Source of the DNA: Oligoflexia bacterium | GTDB taxonomy: Bacteria; Bdellovibrionota; UBA1018 | DNA length: 23,430 nucleotides | Direction: 5' to 3' | Assembly: GCA_043732485.1 (NCBI GenBank) | Contig: JAYTHP010000222.1 | Span: 1 to 23,430, forward strand | Shown here: positions 1 to 7,643 of the stretch, piece by piece | Layout: every line of letters begins with the position of its first letter | Numbering within the stretch: position 1 is the first letter of the stretch | Notes under the pieces: model-generated | What the model saw: only the letters and a program-made list of their open reading frames with translations | Told to the model about the DNA's origin: nothing | Databases searched by the model: none | Position numbers and translations under genes: made by a program

Positions 1-7
1 AAATCAT
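1..7 (-). CDS. 5' end of an unidentified gene running off the left edge
   Basis: The minus strand reads ACGGAGGGGTAGAGAG-ATG-ATT, a GGAGG Shine-Dalgarno ahead of ATG at 7..5. Only 2 codons are visible. Confidence 0.45.
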
Positions 8-74
8 CTCTCTACCCCTCCGTGAATTTTATTTATTCAATTGCGACTGCAACTTTCTGACTGCTTCTTCTAAA

Positions 75-104
75 AGAATAACAATCTTTTTTACGGAAAG
101 CTAA
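75..104 (-). promoter_or_regulatory. Putative sigma70 promoter for the off-window gene
   Basis: Minus strand TTAGCT-N18-TATTCT with an extended -10 TG motif (TGtTATTCT). Confidence 0.35.
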
Positions 105-337
105 CTTTACCTGTCTGAGCGGTGATGCTGGATTGCGCAGTGGGTTGCGCCAAGGCCTTGACGGTGAGTACCGCGCCTACAAAGCGTCACGTCACGTTGC
201 CGCCCCCCACCACCTACTCCCCCGCTCGGAGGAGTGGCGGAGGGGGGGGTGCGGCGGATGACAGTTCGACTGAAAACCCTTGATGCGAGTGGCCGTCAGT
301 GAGTGACAGAGTCACAGGTGGATCCAGGGAGGAAGTC

Positions 338-424
338 ATGAAACAATCTGCTTCTTATCTCCCCCTGCACCCTCAACCCTTGCGAAGGGTTTACGCCAAA
401 AAGCCAAGAAAAACTGATTTTTAA
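338..424 (+). CDS. Candidate 28-aa small basic peptide MKQSASYLPLHPQPLRRVYAKKPRKTDF
   Basis: GGAGG at 328-332 lies 5 nt before ATG 338, and the stop is TAA at 422-424. No homology recognised. Confidence 0.3.
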   Translation: MKQSASYLPLHPQPLRRVYAKKPRKTDF

Positions 425-558
425 GTCTCACAGTCAAGCTCTCACAGTGAATACAGCCAGGGGTCCAAGCCTCAGTGGGAGCTTGGGTCGTGAGATCGAC
501 GAAAGGGGAACAACGCGGACAATCGCGCGCGAAATAGGGATCGCTTGATGCCGTGAAT

Positions 559-783
559 GAGTGCTGAGGCTGGTGCCCAAATACGGAAGGACTTTAACCG
601 ACCGAAAAGAGGGATCATCTGCGACCTCTTTCACTGAGATGCTCCAAAACGCTCCACGCCTGAGTTCACTTTTGAGCTGGGGGGACCCCCTCTCGAGGGT
701 CTTGCACTGGAAAGCGTCTCAAGCAATGAATGGGAAGGGAAGACTTTTGGGTTGAGGGCGCTGCCCACAGTGCGCAAGCACTC
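559..783 (+). ncRNA. Candidate structured RNA element (unassigned)
   Basis: Nested stems by eye: 559-565/777-783, 575-580/747-752, 606-612/625-631, 635-646/708-721, 663-668/673-678, 683-688/697-702. G-U pairs favour the + strand. Confidence 0.25.
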
Positions 784-804
784 CGAGCTGACTAGTCCCT
801 GACC

Positions 805-837
805 AAAAAAGGGCCTATCGGCAAAATCGATAAGCCC
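805..837 (-). terminator. Rho-independent terminator of tRNA-Lys
   Basis: Minus strand GGGCTTATCG-ATTTTGC-CGATAGGCCC (10 bp, one G-U) followed by TTTTTT, 10 nt after the tRNA CCA. Confidence 0.85.
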
Positions 838-847
838 TGAAAATCTT

Positions 848-923
<76 letters not shown>

Positions 924-948
924 ACAAAATAAAAGGTTGGCTTGCAGA

Positions 949-977
949 AAGCTAGCAGTTTTTTTCCCGCGCGACAA
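949..977 (-). promoter_or_regulatory. Sigma70 promoter of tRNA-Lys
   Basis: Minus strand TTGTCG-N17-TAGCTT with an extended -10 TG, about 25 nt upstream of the tRNA 5' end. Confidence 0.65.
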
Positions 978-1162
978 GGTCTAACCCTCCAAAGAAAGCC
1001 TAGGAGGGTACATTTTTTCATAAAACTCCTCTCAAATACCCATGCAAGAGTTCCTCCCCGTCAGGGCAGCGGGTCCCGCAAAGGGGAGAGGGCTGGCTGA
1101 GGTCTCCTCTTTTTACTGATTTTTGGTGGCTATTGCCTCAAAATCTCCTAACATAGCAAAGC

Positions 1163-2002
1163 ATGAGACCTTGCCTAACACCCTGGATAACGCCTTTTTT
1201 TCAGCTCCTGAAAATCTCGCAGTCCCTGCTCCCCCCCGTGGCGCTTAGCGTGTTGCTCTTGTGCCTGATGCCTCTGCTCACGTGGCCCCTGACTCACAGG
1301 TCACAGGCTTGGGCCAGTAGTTTTGGCCCACCGCCTTCGTTGGACTCGCAATTGCAGGAGGCTCGCGCAGTGGTGGTAGGCACCATTCGTAGCCAAAGCG
1401 CAGAGTATGGGCTCAACGCCGAGGGCAAGGAGCGTCTTTATAGTTATTGGCAGCTGGAGCTCCAGGAGTCGCCCCTCAAGGGCGACGCGGCAGCTAGCCC
1501 GCAACTCACTTTGCGCGAGCTAGGAGGCGAAAAGGCCGGAGTGCAATACCGCGTTCCCGGTTCCGCAGAGTTTACGCTCGGCGAGCGCGTCTTAGTGCTC
1601 TTGAGTGCAAAAACTGCCGACGGAGCCTACCCCGTGTTGGGAATGGCGCAAGGCAAATTCCCCCTCCTGCGCGACAGCTCGGGGCAAGACTGGATTGAAG
1701 TGCCCGAAAAGGACGGAGGAGCCAGGCGCCTCAGTCTCGCAGCCGTGCGCACCCTGCTTTTAACCCCAGCGGAGTCCCCCCTCCCCTCTAGTCCTCAGGC
1801 CTTACCGGCTGCGACGAAGCCGCCCTCTCCCGTGCCGCCAACTCCCCTCCCCACGGCGGCCCCTCTGCCAGCAGGTGAAGACGATCCGACTACTACGGCC
1901 GGAAAAGACGACTCGTCACGGCCCGTCCTCCTGTTGACGCTGATGGGGCTAGCCTTGCTGGGGGCTTTTTTGCTCTTCCTCAGGTTTCTTTTGCCCCGTT
2001 AA
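1163..2002 (+). CDS. Hypothetical exported protein with Pro-rich linker and C-terminal membrane anchor
   Basis: 279-aa ORF with an N-terminal hydrophobic signal ending near AWA. It has a beta-rich domain (AVVVGTI...LGGE...GSAEF..GERVLVLL...GKF), a PSP/PPTP linker and a C-terminal TM helix followed by Arg. Confidence 0.8.
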   Translation: MRPCLTPWITPFFQLLKISQSLLPPVALSVLLLCLMPLLTWPLTHRSQAWASSFGPPPSLDSQLQEARAVVVGTIRSQSAEYGLNAEGKERLYSYWQLELQESPLKGDAAASPQLTLRELGGEKAGVQYRVPGSAEFTLGERVLVLLSAKTADGAYPVLGMAQGKFPLLRDSSGQDWIEVPEKDGGARRLSLAAVRTLLLTPAESPLPSSPQALPAATKPPSPVPPTPLPTAAPLPAGEDDPTTTAGKDDSSRPVLLLTLMGLALLGAFLLFLRFLLPR

Positions 2003-2058
2003 GGTAAAAACCCGCAGGCTGAGGATTCATTTTTCCAAGGCGCCTCGCACAATGGCGC

Positions 2059-2088
2059 TTGCAAGCCGCACTTGCTCCCCGCTAAACT
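2059..2088 (+). promoter_or_regulatory. Sigma70 promoter upstream of the AMIN-like gene
   Basis: TTGCAA-N18-TAAACT. Confidence 0.55.
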
Positions 2089-2176
2089 AAGAGTATGCCC
2101 TTGGAACCCTGATAACGAATGGCGGCCGCTTGCAGGAAGACCACGGCGAAAGAACGCGCAGAAAGAGATTAAGTCG

Positions 2177-2887
2177 ATGAATTACCAGAAGCAGCAAAAA
2201 ACCAGTCAAAAATCGCTTACCCCCGCAGCCCTCTTAGTACCGAGCTTGTCTCTGGACCCCGTCTCCCACCCCCGGACGCGTTGGCGTTGCCCGGGCTTGG
2301 TGTTTTGTGCGTTGGGGATGAGTTTTTTGAGCGTGATGGCTCAGGCCGAGAGTCACCCGCTGCAAGGGCAACCGGGGATCACGCTTGCGCGCTCCAAAAA
2401 AACCCAGCACTATTTGAAGGAAGGTGCGGTGGTCGGCGGCGATCAGGCAATCGACGAAGCCAGCATTGTGAACATCAGGCGCGCGCCGAACGCCGACTTT
2501 GATCGCATCGTCATTGACCTCGAAGCCTTCAAACAAGGCGAGAGCCCAGCGATTCAGCGGCCGCCTTTTTATCAAGTGGCAATCGAGCATGCCTTGAAAA
2601 AGCTCACCTTTACCTTCTGGGGGCGACCTTCTTTGAAGTTTAATGCCCACGCCGTGGGCCAAGCCTTTTTTAACCATGGAAGTGTTGCTTTCATTGAGCT
2701 TTTTCCCCGCCTCGAGGAATTGAGCTGGACCTTCTCGTTGAGCTTAAAAGAGTTTTCGGCAGTAGAAGTCTTTGAGCTCACCCATCCGCTGCGCATTATC
2801 GCCGACATTCACGCCGATATCCGTAGACCGCACCGCGAAAAAACGGTAAAAACTAGGCATGATTCTGCGACGACAACAGACCCCTAA
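2177..2887 (+). CDS. Exported AMIN-like domain protein
   Basis: Signal peptide ending AQA. Motifs IRRAPNADFDRIVIDL and VFELTHPLRIIADI resemble AMIN-type beta-sandwich domains. ATG 2177 is preferred to the TTG at 2072, which lies inside the predicted promoter. Confidence 0.7.
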   Translation: MNYQKQQKTSQKSLTPAALLVPSLSLDPVSHPRTRWRCPGLVFCALGMSFLSVMAQAESHPLQGQPGITLARSKKTQHYLKEGAVVGGDQAIDEASIVNIRRAPNADFDRIVIDLEAFKQGESPAIQRPPFYQVAIEHALKKLTFTFWGRPSLKFNAHAVGQAFFNHGSVAFIELFPRLEELSWTFSLSLKEFSAVEVFELTHPLRIIADIHADIRRPHREKTVKTRHDSATTTDP

Positions 2888-3437
2888 AAAAACCCTACTC
2901 CTGCTGACTTTTGGCCTCACTGTGAGCCTTACCCATTGCAGCAGCGCGCCCAAGATCCAAAGCTTAGCCTACGCCCACTTGAGCCCTGCAAAGTTTTTTG
3001 CAGGCGCCGAGCTACCCGCCCTCTGGCATGCCATTGAAACGGTGGCTAGCCCCTATAAAGTGACCCGTCGTGACCCCAGCGAGGCCAACCCCTTGGAGCT
3101 GAAGCGCCGCAGCCGGTGCTCGCTTGAAACCGATTGGACCTACGGACAATCACGCGAGCAAGCGATTGTGACGCAACACGCAGGCACCGTGCAGCGTATC
3201 CGGCTGCAAAACCGCTTCCTCTACCAAATCACCGCTGAGAAAACCTTAGGCGGCGTGCAAGTCACCGTCAGCTCGTGCGAGGAAGTGGAAGGGCTCAACG
3301 CTGATGGCAGCTCAGCGGGCTACCAACCGCTTCCTGCGGCTGACGTCGACTCCTCGCGCGGGGCCGAGTGGCTCAGCCAAATTGAAACCGCTTGGCTGGT
3401 TACCTCAAGTGAGACGCCGGCGGCTGCCACGCCCTAG
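2859..3437 (+). CDS. Putative lipoprotein (hypothetical)
   Basis: 192 aa with a basic N-terminus, hydrophobic stretch and Cys (SLTHC-SS). Overlaps the previous gene by 29 nt. Contains an ETDW motif. Confidence 0.75.
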   Translation: MILRRQQTPKKTLLLLTFGLTVSLTHCSSAPKIQSLAYAHLSPAKFFAGAELPALWHAIETVASPYKVTRRDPSEANPLELKRRSRCSLETDWTYGQSREQAIVTQHAGTVQRIRLQNRFLYQITAEKTLGGVQVTVSSCEEVEGLNADGSSAGYQPLPAADVDSSRGAEWLSQIETAWLVTSSETPAAATP

Positions 3438-3529
3438 GCTCCCCGCACCTGCTTGGGCCTCCTGGTACCGAGCAATCCCCAAAAAAATGAGTTGCCAAAG
3501 ACAATTTCATCACCATCGTTAAAGAGATT

Positions 3530-6124
3530 ATGGCAGATGACTCTCAACGCTCACAAGATCCTCCTGCAGACGACGCTCAAGAGGCGACTTCGCGCCCCGC
3601 CCGCAAGAAAAATAAAATAACCCTCGCGGCCGAAGTATCACGCTCGACCAGTCTCGTGGTGCCTGGGTTGCAGTTGCCTCCCAATTTGTTTCTATTACCC
3701 GTTCACCCGCCGGTGGTCTTTCCCTCCTTGCTTGCGCCCTTATTTGTCTCCCAACCTCGCTTGATTGCGATGATCGAAGAGGCGATCAACCGTCAGCGGA
3801 TGATTGGCTTAGTTTTAATTCGCGACGGCTCTACGAGTGCTTTAGATCAGATTCAACCAGAAGACTTATACCTCTCAGGCGTGGTGGTGAAGATCCTCAA
3901 GCGCTTAAAAATGCCTGACGGCTCGGTCAATTTATTAGTCCACAGCATCAAGCGCTTTCGTAATCGCCAAATGATCTCCAAAAAGCCTTATTTAGTCTGT
4001 GAAGCGGAGTACTTAGAAGACGTGCTGGAGAAATCCAACGAAATGGATGCCTTAACGCGCTCGGTGATGAGCCATGTTAAGAAGCTGTCGGAATCGAATC
4101 CTTTTTTTACCGAGGAAATGCGCCTTGCGATGATGAACGCACCTGGCTCAGGCTCGGTGGCAGATTTAATCGCTTTTGCGCTGGCTTTGCCAAAAAATGA
4201 TGCCCAAGACTATTTAGAGACCCTGTCGGTGAAAGCGCGCTTTGAGAAGCTCCTGATTCATCTCAGGCGTGAGCAAGATGTGGCGGACTTGCAAAAGAAG
4301 ATCAACGAGGAGGTTAACACCAAGCTTACCAAGATGCAGCGCGAGTTCTTCCTGAAGGAGCAACTCAAGACCATCCGCAGGGAGCTTGATCAAGAACACA
4401 AAGGCAAAGAGCAAGGCCGCAAAAGCCTAGCTGAGCGGATTGAGGCTGCTGGCATGACGCCTGAGGTCAAGCAAGTAGCGCTTGAGGAACTCGAGAAGTT
4501 TGAAGCGCTCTCAGAGAACTCCCCTGAGTACAACATCACCCGCAACTACCTGGAAACGCTCGTGAGCTTACCGTGGAGCCGGGAATCGCTTGATCAGCTG
4601 GATTTGAAGCGGGCGGCGCTCCTGCTCAACGAAGCCCATTATGGGTTAGAAAAAGTCAAGGATCGTATTTTAGAGTTTCTAGCCGTCAGAAAACTAAAAG
4701 CAGATCCCAAAGGCTCCATCATCTGCTTGGTAGGACCGCCTGGGGTAGGGAAAACCTCGCTGGGGCGCTCGATTGCCAAGACCTTGCAGCGCGAATTCTT
4801 TCGCTTCTCCTTGGGCGGCATGCGCGATGAAGCCGAGATCAAAGGCCATCGCCGCACCTATGTCGCAGCCATGCCAGGGAAAGTGATCCAAGGAATCAAG
4901 CGGGCTGGCACCAAAAACTGTGTGCTCATGTTAGATGAAATCGACAAGCTTGGACAAAGCTATCAAGGGGATCCAGCCAGCGCTTTGCTTGAAGTCTTAG
5001 ATCCTGAGCAAAACCATAGCTTTTTAGATCACTATCTGGACGTCCCCTTTGACTTATCGAAGATCCTTTTCATCACCACTGCCAACACCACCGACTCGAT
5101 CCCCGGGCCGCTGTTAGATCGCATGGAGTTGATTGAATTACCAGGCTATACGCTGGAGGAGAAGGAAGACATTACCGCCCGCTTCATCATCCCCCAGGAA
5201 ATTGCAGCCTGCGGCTTACTCCCCAAACAACTGATCTTCGAGAAACAGGCGTTGCGCCTGATGATGCTCGATTACGCCAGGGAGCCTGGCTTACGCTCCT
5301 TACAAAAGCTGATTAACCGCATTGCCCGCAAGGCTGCAAGAACAGTGGTGATGCAGCAGGATGCCCATCCCCGCAAAAAAATCACCCCCATTCGCATTCA
5401 CGCCAAAGACCTTCAGCAGTGGTTAGGCCCCAAGCGCTTTTACAACGAAGTCTCAGAGCGCATTGTCTCACCCGGGGTGGCTATCGGCTTAGCTTGGACC
5501 ACGGCAGGCGGAGAAATTCTCTTTATTGAGGCCTCATCGTTTCCCGGCAGCGGCACACTCAAGCTTACCGGGCAAATGGGCGAGGTGATGACGGAAAGTG
5601 CCACCCTAGCGTGGAGTTACGTCAAGAAAAAACTGTCTGAGCAAGATCACCACCAGCAAGAGAAGTTCTCAGCAAGCTTCTTCAAAGAAACCGACTTGCA
5701 CTTGCACATCCCAGCAGGGGCCGTCCCGAAGGACGGCCCCTCAGCCGGCATCACGCTTGCCACGGCGCTTTACTCCTTGATGACCGGGCGCAAGGTCAAA
5801 GGGCGTTTGGGCATGACCGGGGAACTCTCACTGATTGGCAAAGTGCTTCCGGTCGGAGGGATCAAAGAAAAAATCCTGGCAGCTAAGCGTGCTGGACTGC
5901 AAACTCTCATTCTCCCCAGCCTTAACCAGAAGGATCTGAGCGAAGTGCCAGCTTACGCCTACCAAGGCATCAAACTGCACTTTGTCCAGCACGTCGAGGA
6001 GGTCTTTGCGCTAACGCTTGAGCCTGAGGAAGAAGCGGCAAAGAGTAAGCAGGGGAAAAAGCTCGGCAAAAGCGGCCTCAGAAAAACTCCTGAGCTTCGC
6101 AAACAACGAGCGCGGCAAACCTAG
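3530..6124 (+). CDS. lon: ATP-dependent protease La (Lon)
   Basis: 864 aa with a Lon N-domain, Walker A GPPGVGKTS, Walker B LMLDEIDK, GHRRTY, catalytic Ser motif PKDGPSAG and Lys in GGIKEK. Confidence 0.98.
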   Translation: MADDSQRSQDPPADDAQEATSRPARKKNKITLAAEVSRSTSLVVPGLQLPPNLFLLPVHPPVVFPSLLAPLFVSQPRLIAMIEEAINRQRMIGLVLIRDGSTSALDQIQPEDLYLSGVVVKILKRLKMPDGSVNLLVHSIKRFRNRQMISKKPYLVCEAEYLEDVLEKSNEMDALTRSVMSHVKKLSESNPFFTEEMRLAMMNAPGSGSVADLIAFALALPKNDAQDYLETLSVKARFEKLLIHLRREQDVADLQKKINEEVNTKLTKMQREFFLKEQLKTIRRELDQEHKGKEQGRKSLAERIEAAGMTPEVKQVALEELEKFEALSENSPEYNITRNYLETLVSLPWSRESLDQLDLKRAALLLNEAHYGLEKVKDRILEFLAVRKLKADPKGSIICLVGPPGVGKTSLGRSIAKTLQREFFRFSLGGMRDEAEIKGHRRTYVAAMPGKVIQGIKRAGTKNCVLMLDEIDKLGQSYQGDPASALLEVLDPEQNHSFLDHYLDVPFDLSKILFITTANTTDSIPGPLLDRMELIELPGYTLEEKEDITARFIIPQEIAACGLLPKQLIFEKQALRLMMLDYAREPGLRSLQKLINRIARKAARTVVMQQDAHPRKKITPIRIHAKDLQQWLGPKRFYNEVSERIVSPGVAIGLAWTTAGGEILFIEASSFPGSGTLKLTGQMGEVMTESATLAWSYVKKKLSEQDHHQQEKFSASFFKETDLHLHIPAGAVPKDGPSAGITLATALYSLMTGRKVKGRLGMTGELSLIGKVLPVGGIKEKILAAKRAGLQTLILPSLNQKDLSEVPAYAYQGIKLHFVQHVEEVFALTLEPEEEAAKSKQGKKLGKSGLRKTPELRKQRARQT

Positions 6125-6137
6125 ACTTTGTCACGTC

Positions 6138-6245
6138 CCACCCGCTGGAGCCCCCCTTCGCCCCCCCCTACACGAAACCCTTCCCCGGGGGGCGGTGTTC
6201 GTGTCAGTGGGAATGAGGCCGCAAAAAGAGGAGGCAAGTGGGTGG
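6138..6245 (+). other. Structured 3' UTR of lon
   Basis: CCACCCGCT 6138-6146 pairs with AGTGGGTGG 6237-6245 and encloses a CACGAA...TTCGTG hairpin. No U-tract follows. Confidence 0.4.
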
Positions 6246-6286
6246 AATATAACAAACTTGTTGCGCGAAGGAGTTTCTGTACTCAA

Positions 6287-6316
6287 TTGACAGATACAAT
6301 CTTTTAGATTTAAGGT
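6287..6316 (+). promoter_or_regulatory. Sigma70 promoter of an orphan intergenic transcript
   Basis: Consensus TTGACA (6287-6292)-N18-TAAGGT (6311-6316) in an AT-rich patch. Confidence 0.55.
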
Positions 6317-6322
6317 CTAGAT

Positions 6323-6599
6323 TTTAAATGCACGCTCGGGAGAGTAAGGTGCCCTCTTCAGCTCGTTTACACACCCACCCCGCTCCTTGTCGCATCGCTG
6401 CTGCTTTGGGGCCAACGCCCCACGAATGAGTGGGCATGAAGGAGGCGGCGTAATACGTGCTGCTCGAGCGTACTCGCCCTCAACGGTGCGAGAAGGTGTG
6501 CTTTCTTGTGAAACCACCCCCGGAAGGGTCACCGCAGGTTTAGCGTGAAAGACCCATGGCGGCGGAGAGAGCTGCGCTCACCTAGTTTGCGGATTTTTT
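6323..6599 (+). ncRNA. Candidate novel structured ncRNA (~280 nt)
   Basis: Follows the promoter. Contains a long irregular rod 6332-6471, a hairpin 6488-6509 and a helix 6532-6548/6578-6592 followed by ATTTTTT. G-U pairs favour the + strand. Confidence 0.4.
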
Positions 6600-6611
6600 G
6601 TCGGTCAAGGG

Positions 6612-6644
6612 AAAAGAAAGCTTCCGTCAGGGGTCTGACAAGCT
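6612..6644 (-). terminator. Likely intrinsic terminator downstream of rpoZ
   Basis: Minus strand AGCTT-GTCAG-ACCC-CTGAC-GG-AAGCT followed by TTCTTTT. Confidence 0.55.
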
Positions 6645-6763
6645 CTAAAAGAACAAAAGCTTTGCAACTTTGCGCTAACCGCTAACTTCTGAGCGCACGC
6701 AGTCTGCAACCGCAGACAAGAGCTTGCAGCGTAAGGCGAAACCCTCCGCCGCCCCCAGTCTGT

Positions 6764-6997
6764 CTAATTCGTCAGCGCGGATAAGTCATCGGCGCCCGCT
6801 TCTGGCAGCGGTCTTGCTGCAGGAACCACACGGCCTGCCGCAATTTCGCGCAAGGCAGTCACCACGATACGATTTTTTTGCTTCACGAGCGGCTCGGCCC
6901 CACGAGACAACTGGCGCGTTCTCTTGGTGGCTAAGTGCACCAATTCATACATGTTTTCTACGTTATGGAGACAATCTTCAATCGTAACTCGCGCCAT
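6764..6997 (-). CDS. rpoZ: DNA-directed RNA polymerase subunit omega
   Basis: [10 protein letters not shown]...[14 protein letters not shown]...[10 protein letters not shown], with AAGGAG SD upstream. Confidence 0.96.
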   Translation of the reverse strand: MARVTIEDCLHNVENMYELVHLATKRTRQLSRGAEPLVKQKNRIVVTALREIAAGRVVPAARPLPEAGADDLSALTN

Positions 6998-7053
6998 GAA
7001 AACTCCTTTAGCTTGGGTAGGGGGGGTCTGCTTGCAGTGAATATTGACTTTTT

Positions 7054-7082
7054 AGACTAAGCGCTTTTTTGTGAAAAAGCAA
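7054..7082 (-). promoter_or_regulatory. Sigma70 promoter of rpoZ
   Basis: Minus strand TTGCTT-N17-TAGTCT. Confidence 0.6.
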
Positions 7083-7120
7083 ATAAAAGCGATGTTATTT
7101 TTGCGAGCTCCAGCGCTCGG

Positions 7121-7633
7121 TTACTTCGGGGACTTGGGTGCGCCGCTTTGCTTGAACACTCGCTTAATCTCCCGGTCGGCCACTTTCTTCTTCAAATCCT
7201 CGCGCTTATCAAAGTTCTTCTTGCCCTTGCCTAAGCCTAACTCCACTTTGACCCAGCCTTTGCGAAAGTACAGCCGCGTAGGAATCACCGTCATGCCTTG
7301 CTGCTGAATAGCCGCGAAAAGCTGAGTGACTTGTTTTCGATTTAAGAGTAACTTGCGCTTGCGATCGGCGCCGTGGTTCCAGCGATTGCCATGCGAGTAA
7401 GGGGCGATGTTCATTTGGACAAGCCAGGCCTCAAGCCGCCGCTGCGGTCCACTTTGATCGATACTAACGAACGCCTCGCGAATTTGCGGTGAATGGGCCC
7501 GTAAACTCTTGACCTCGGTCCCGGTGAGCACCAGGCCTGCTTCCACCACCTCTAAAATCTGGTAGTTGGCATAGGCGCTAGGGTTAGAGGCAATCAAGCT
7601 TTGGGTTTTTTTGCGGTCGCTTTCTTGTGACAT
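7121..7633 (-). CDS. smpB: SsrA-binding protein SmpB
   Basis: EAGLVLTGTEVKSLR, RKRKLLL, GWVKVELGLGKGKKNFDKRE motifs. Confidence 0.97.
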   Translation of the reverse strand: MSQESDRKKTQSLIASNPSAYANYQILEVVEAGLVLTGTEVKSLRAHSPQIREAFVSIDQSGPQRRLEAWLVQMNIAPYSHGNRWNHGADRKRKLLLNRKQVTQLFAAIQQQGMTVIPTRLYFRKGWVKVELGLGKGKKNFDKREDLKKKVADREIKRVFKQSGAPKSPK

Positions 7634-7643
7634 GGCTGATTTG

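Noticed and set aside
317..324. GGTGGATC matching the tRNA 3' end as a possible att repeat
   Set aside because: An 8-bp match is expected by chance and no integrase is nearby.
434..755. Track ORFs 434-634 (-) and 561-755 (+)
   Set aside because: They are short, overlap each other on opposite strands, have no clear SD and show no recognisable protein features.
6277..6293. Possible E. coli-type LexA box
   Set aside because: The spacing is CTGT-N9-ACAG rather than N8, and no similar site appears upstream of recA. Kept only as a generic dyad.
6514..6530. CCGGAAGG resembling the SRP RNA tetraloop
   Set aside because: The flanking CAGG and AGCAG internal-loop motifs of SRP domain IV are missing.
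6437..6756. tmRNA look-alike near smpB: minus strand GGGGGCG (6756-6750) could pair with CGCCTCC (6447-6441), including a G3-U pair
   Set aside because: There is no T-arm (no GGTTCGA or 5-bp stem), the end reads TTCA rather than ACCA, the 5' motif is TTCGCC rather than TTCGAC, and no ANDxxxALAA-like tag frame exists. ARAGORN would settle it.
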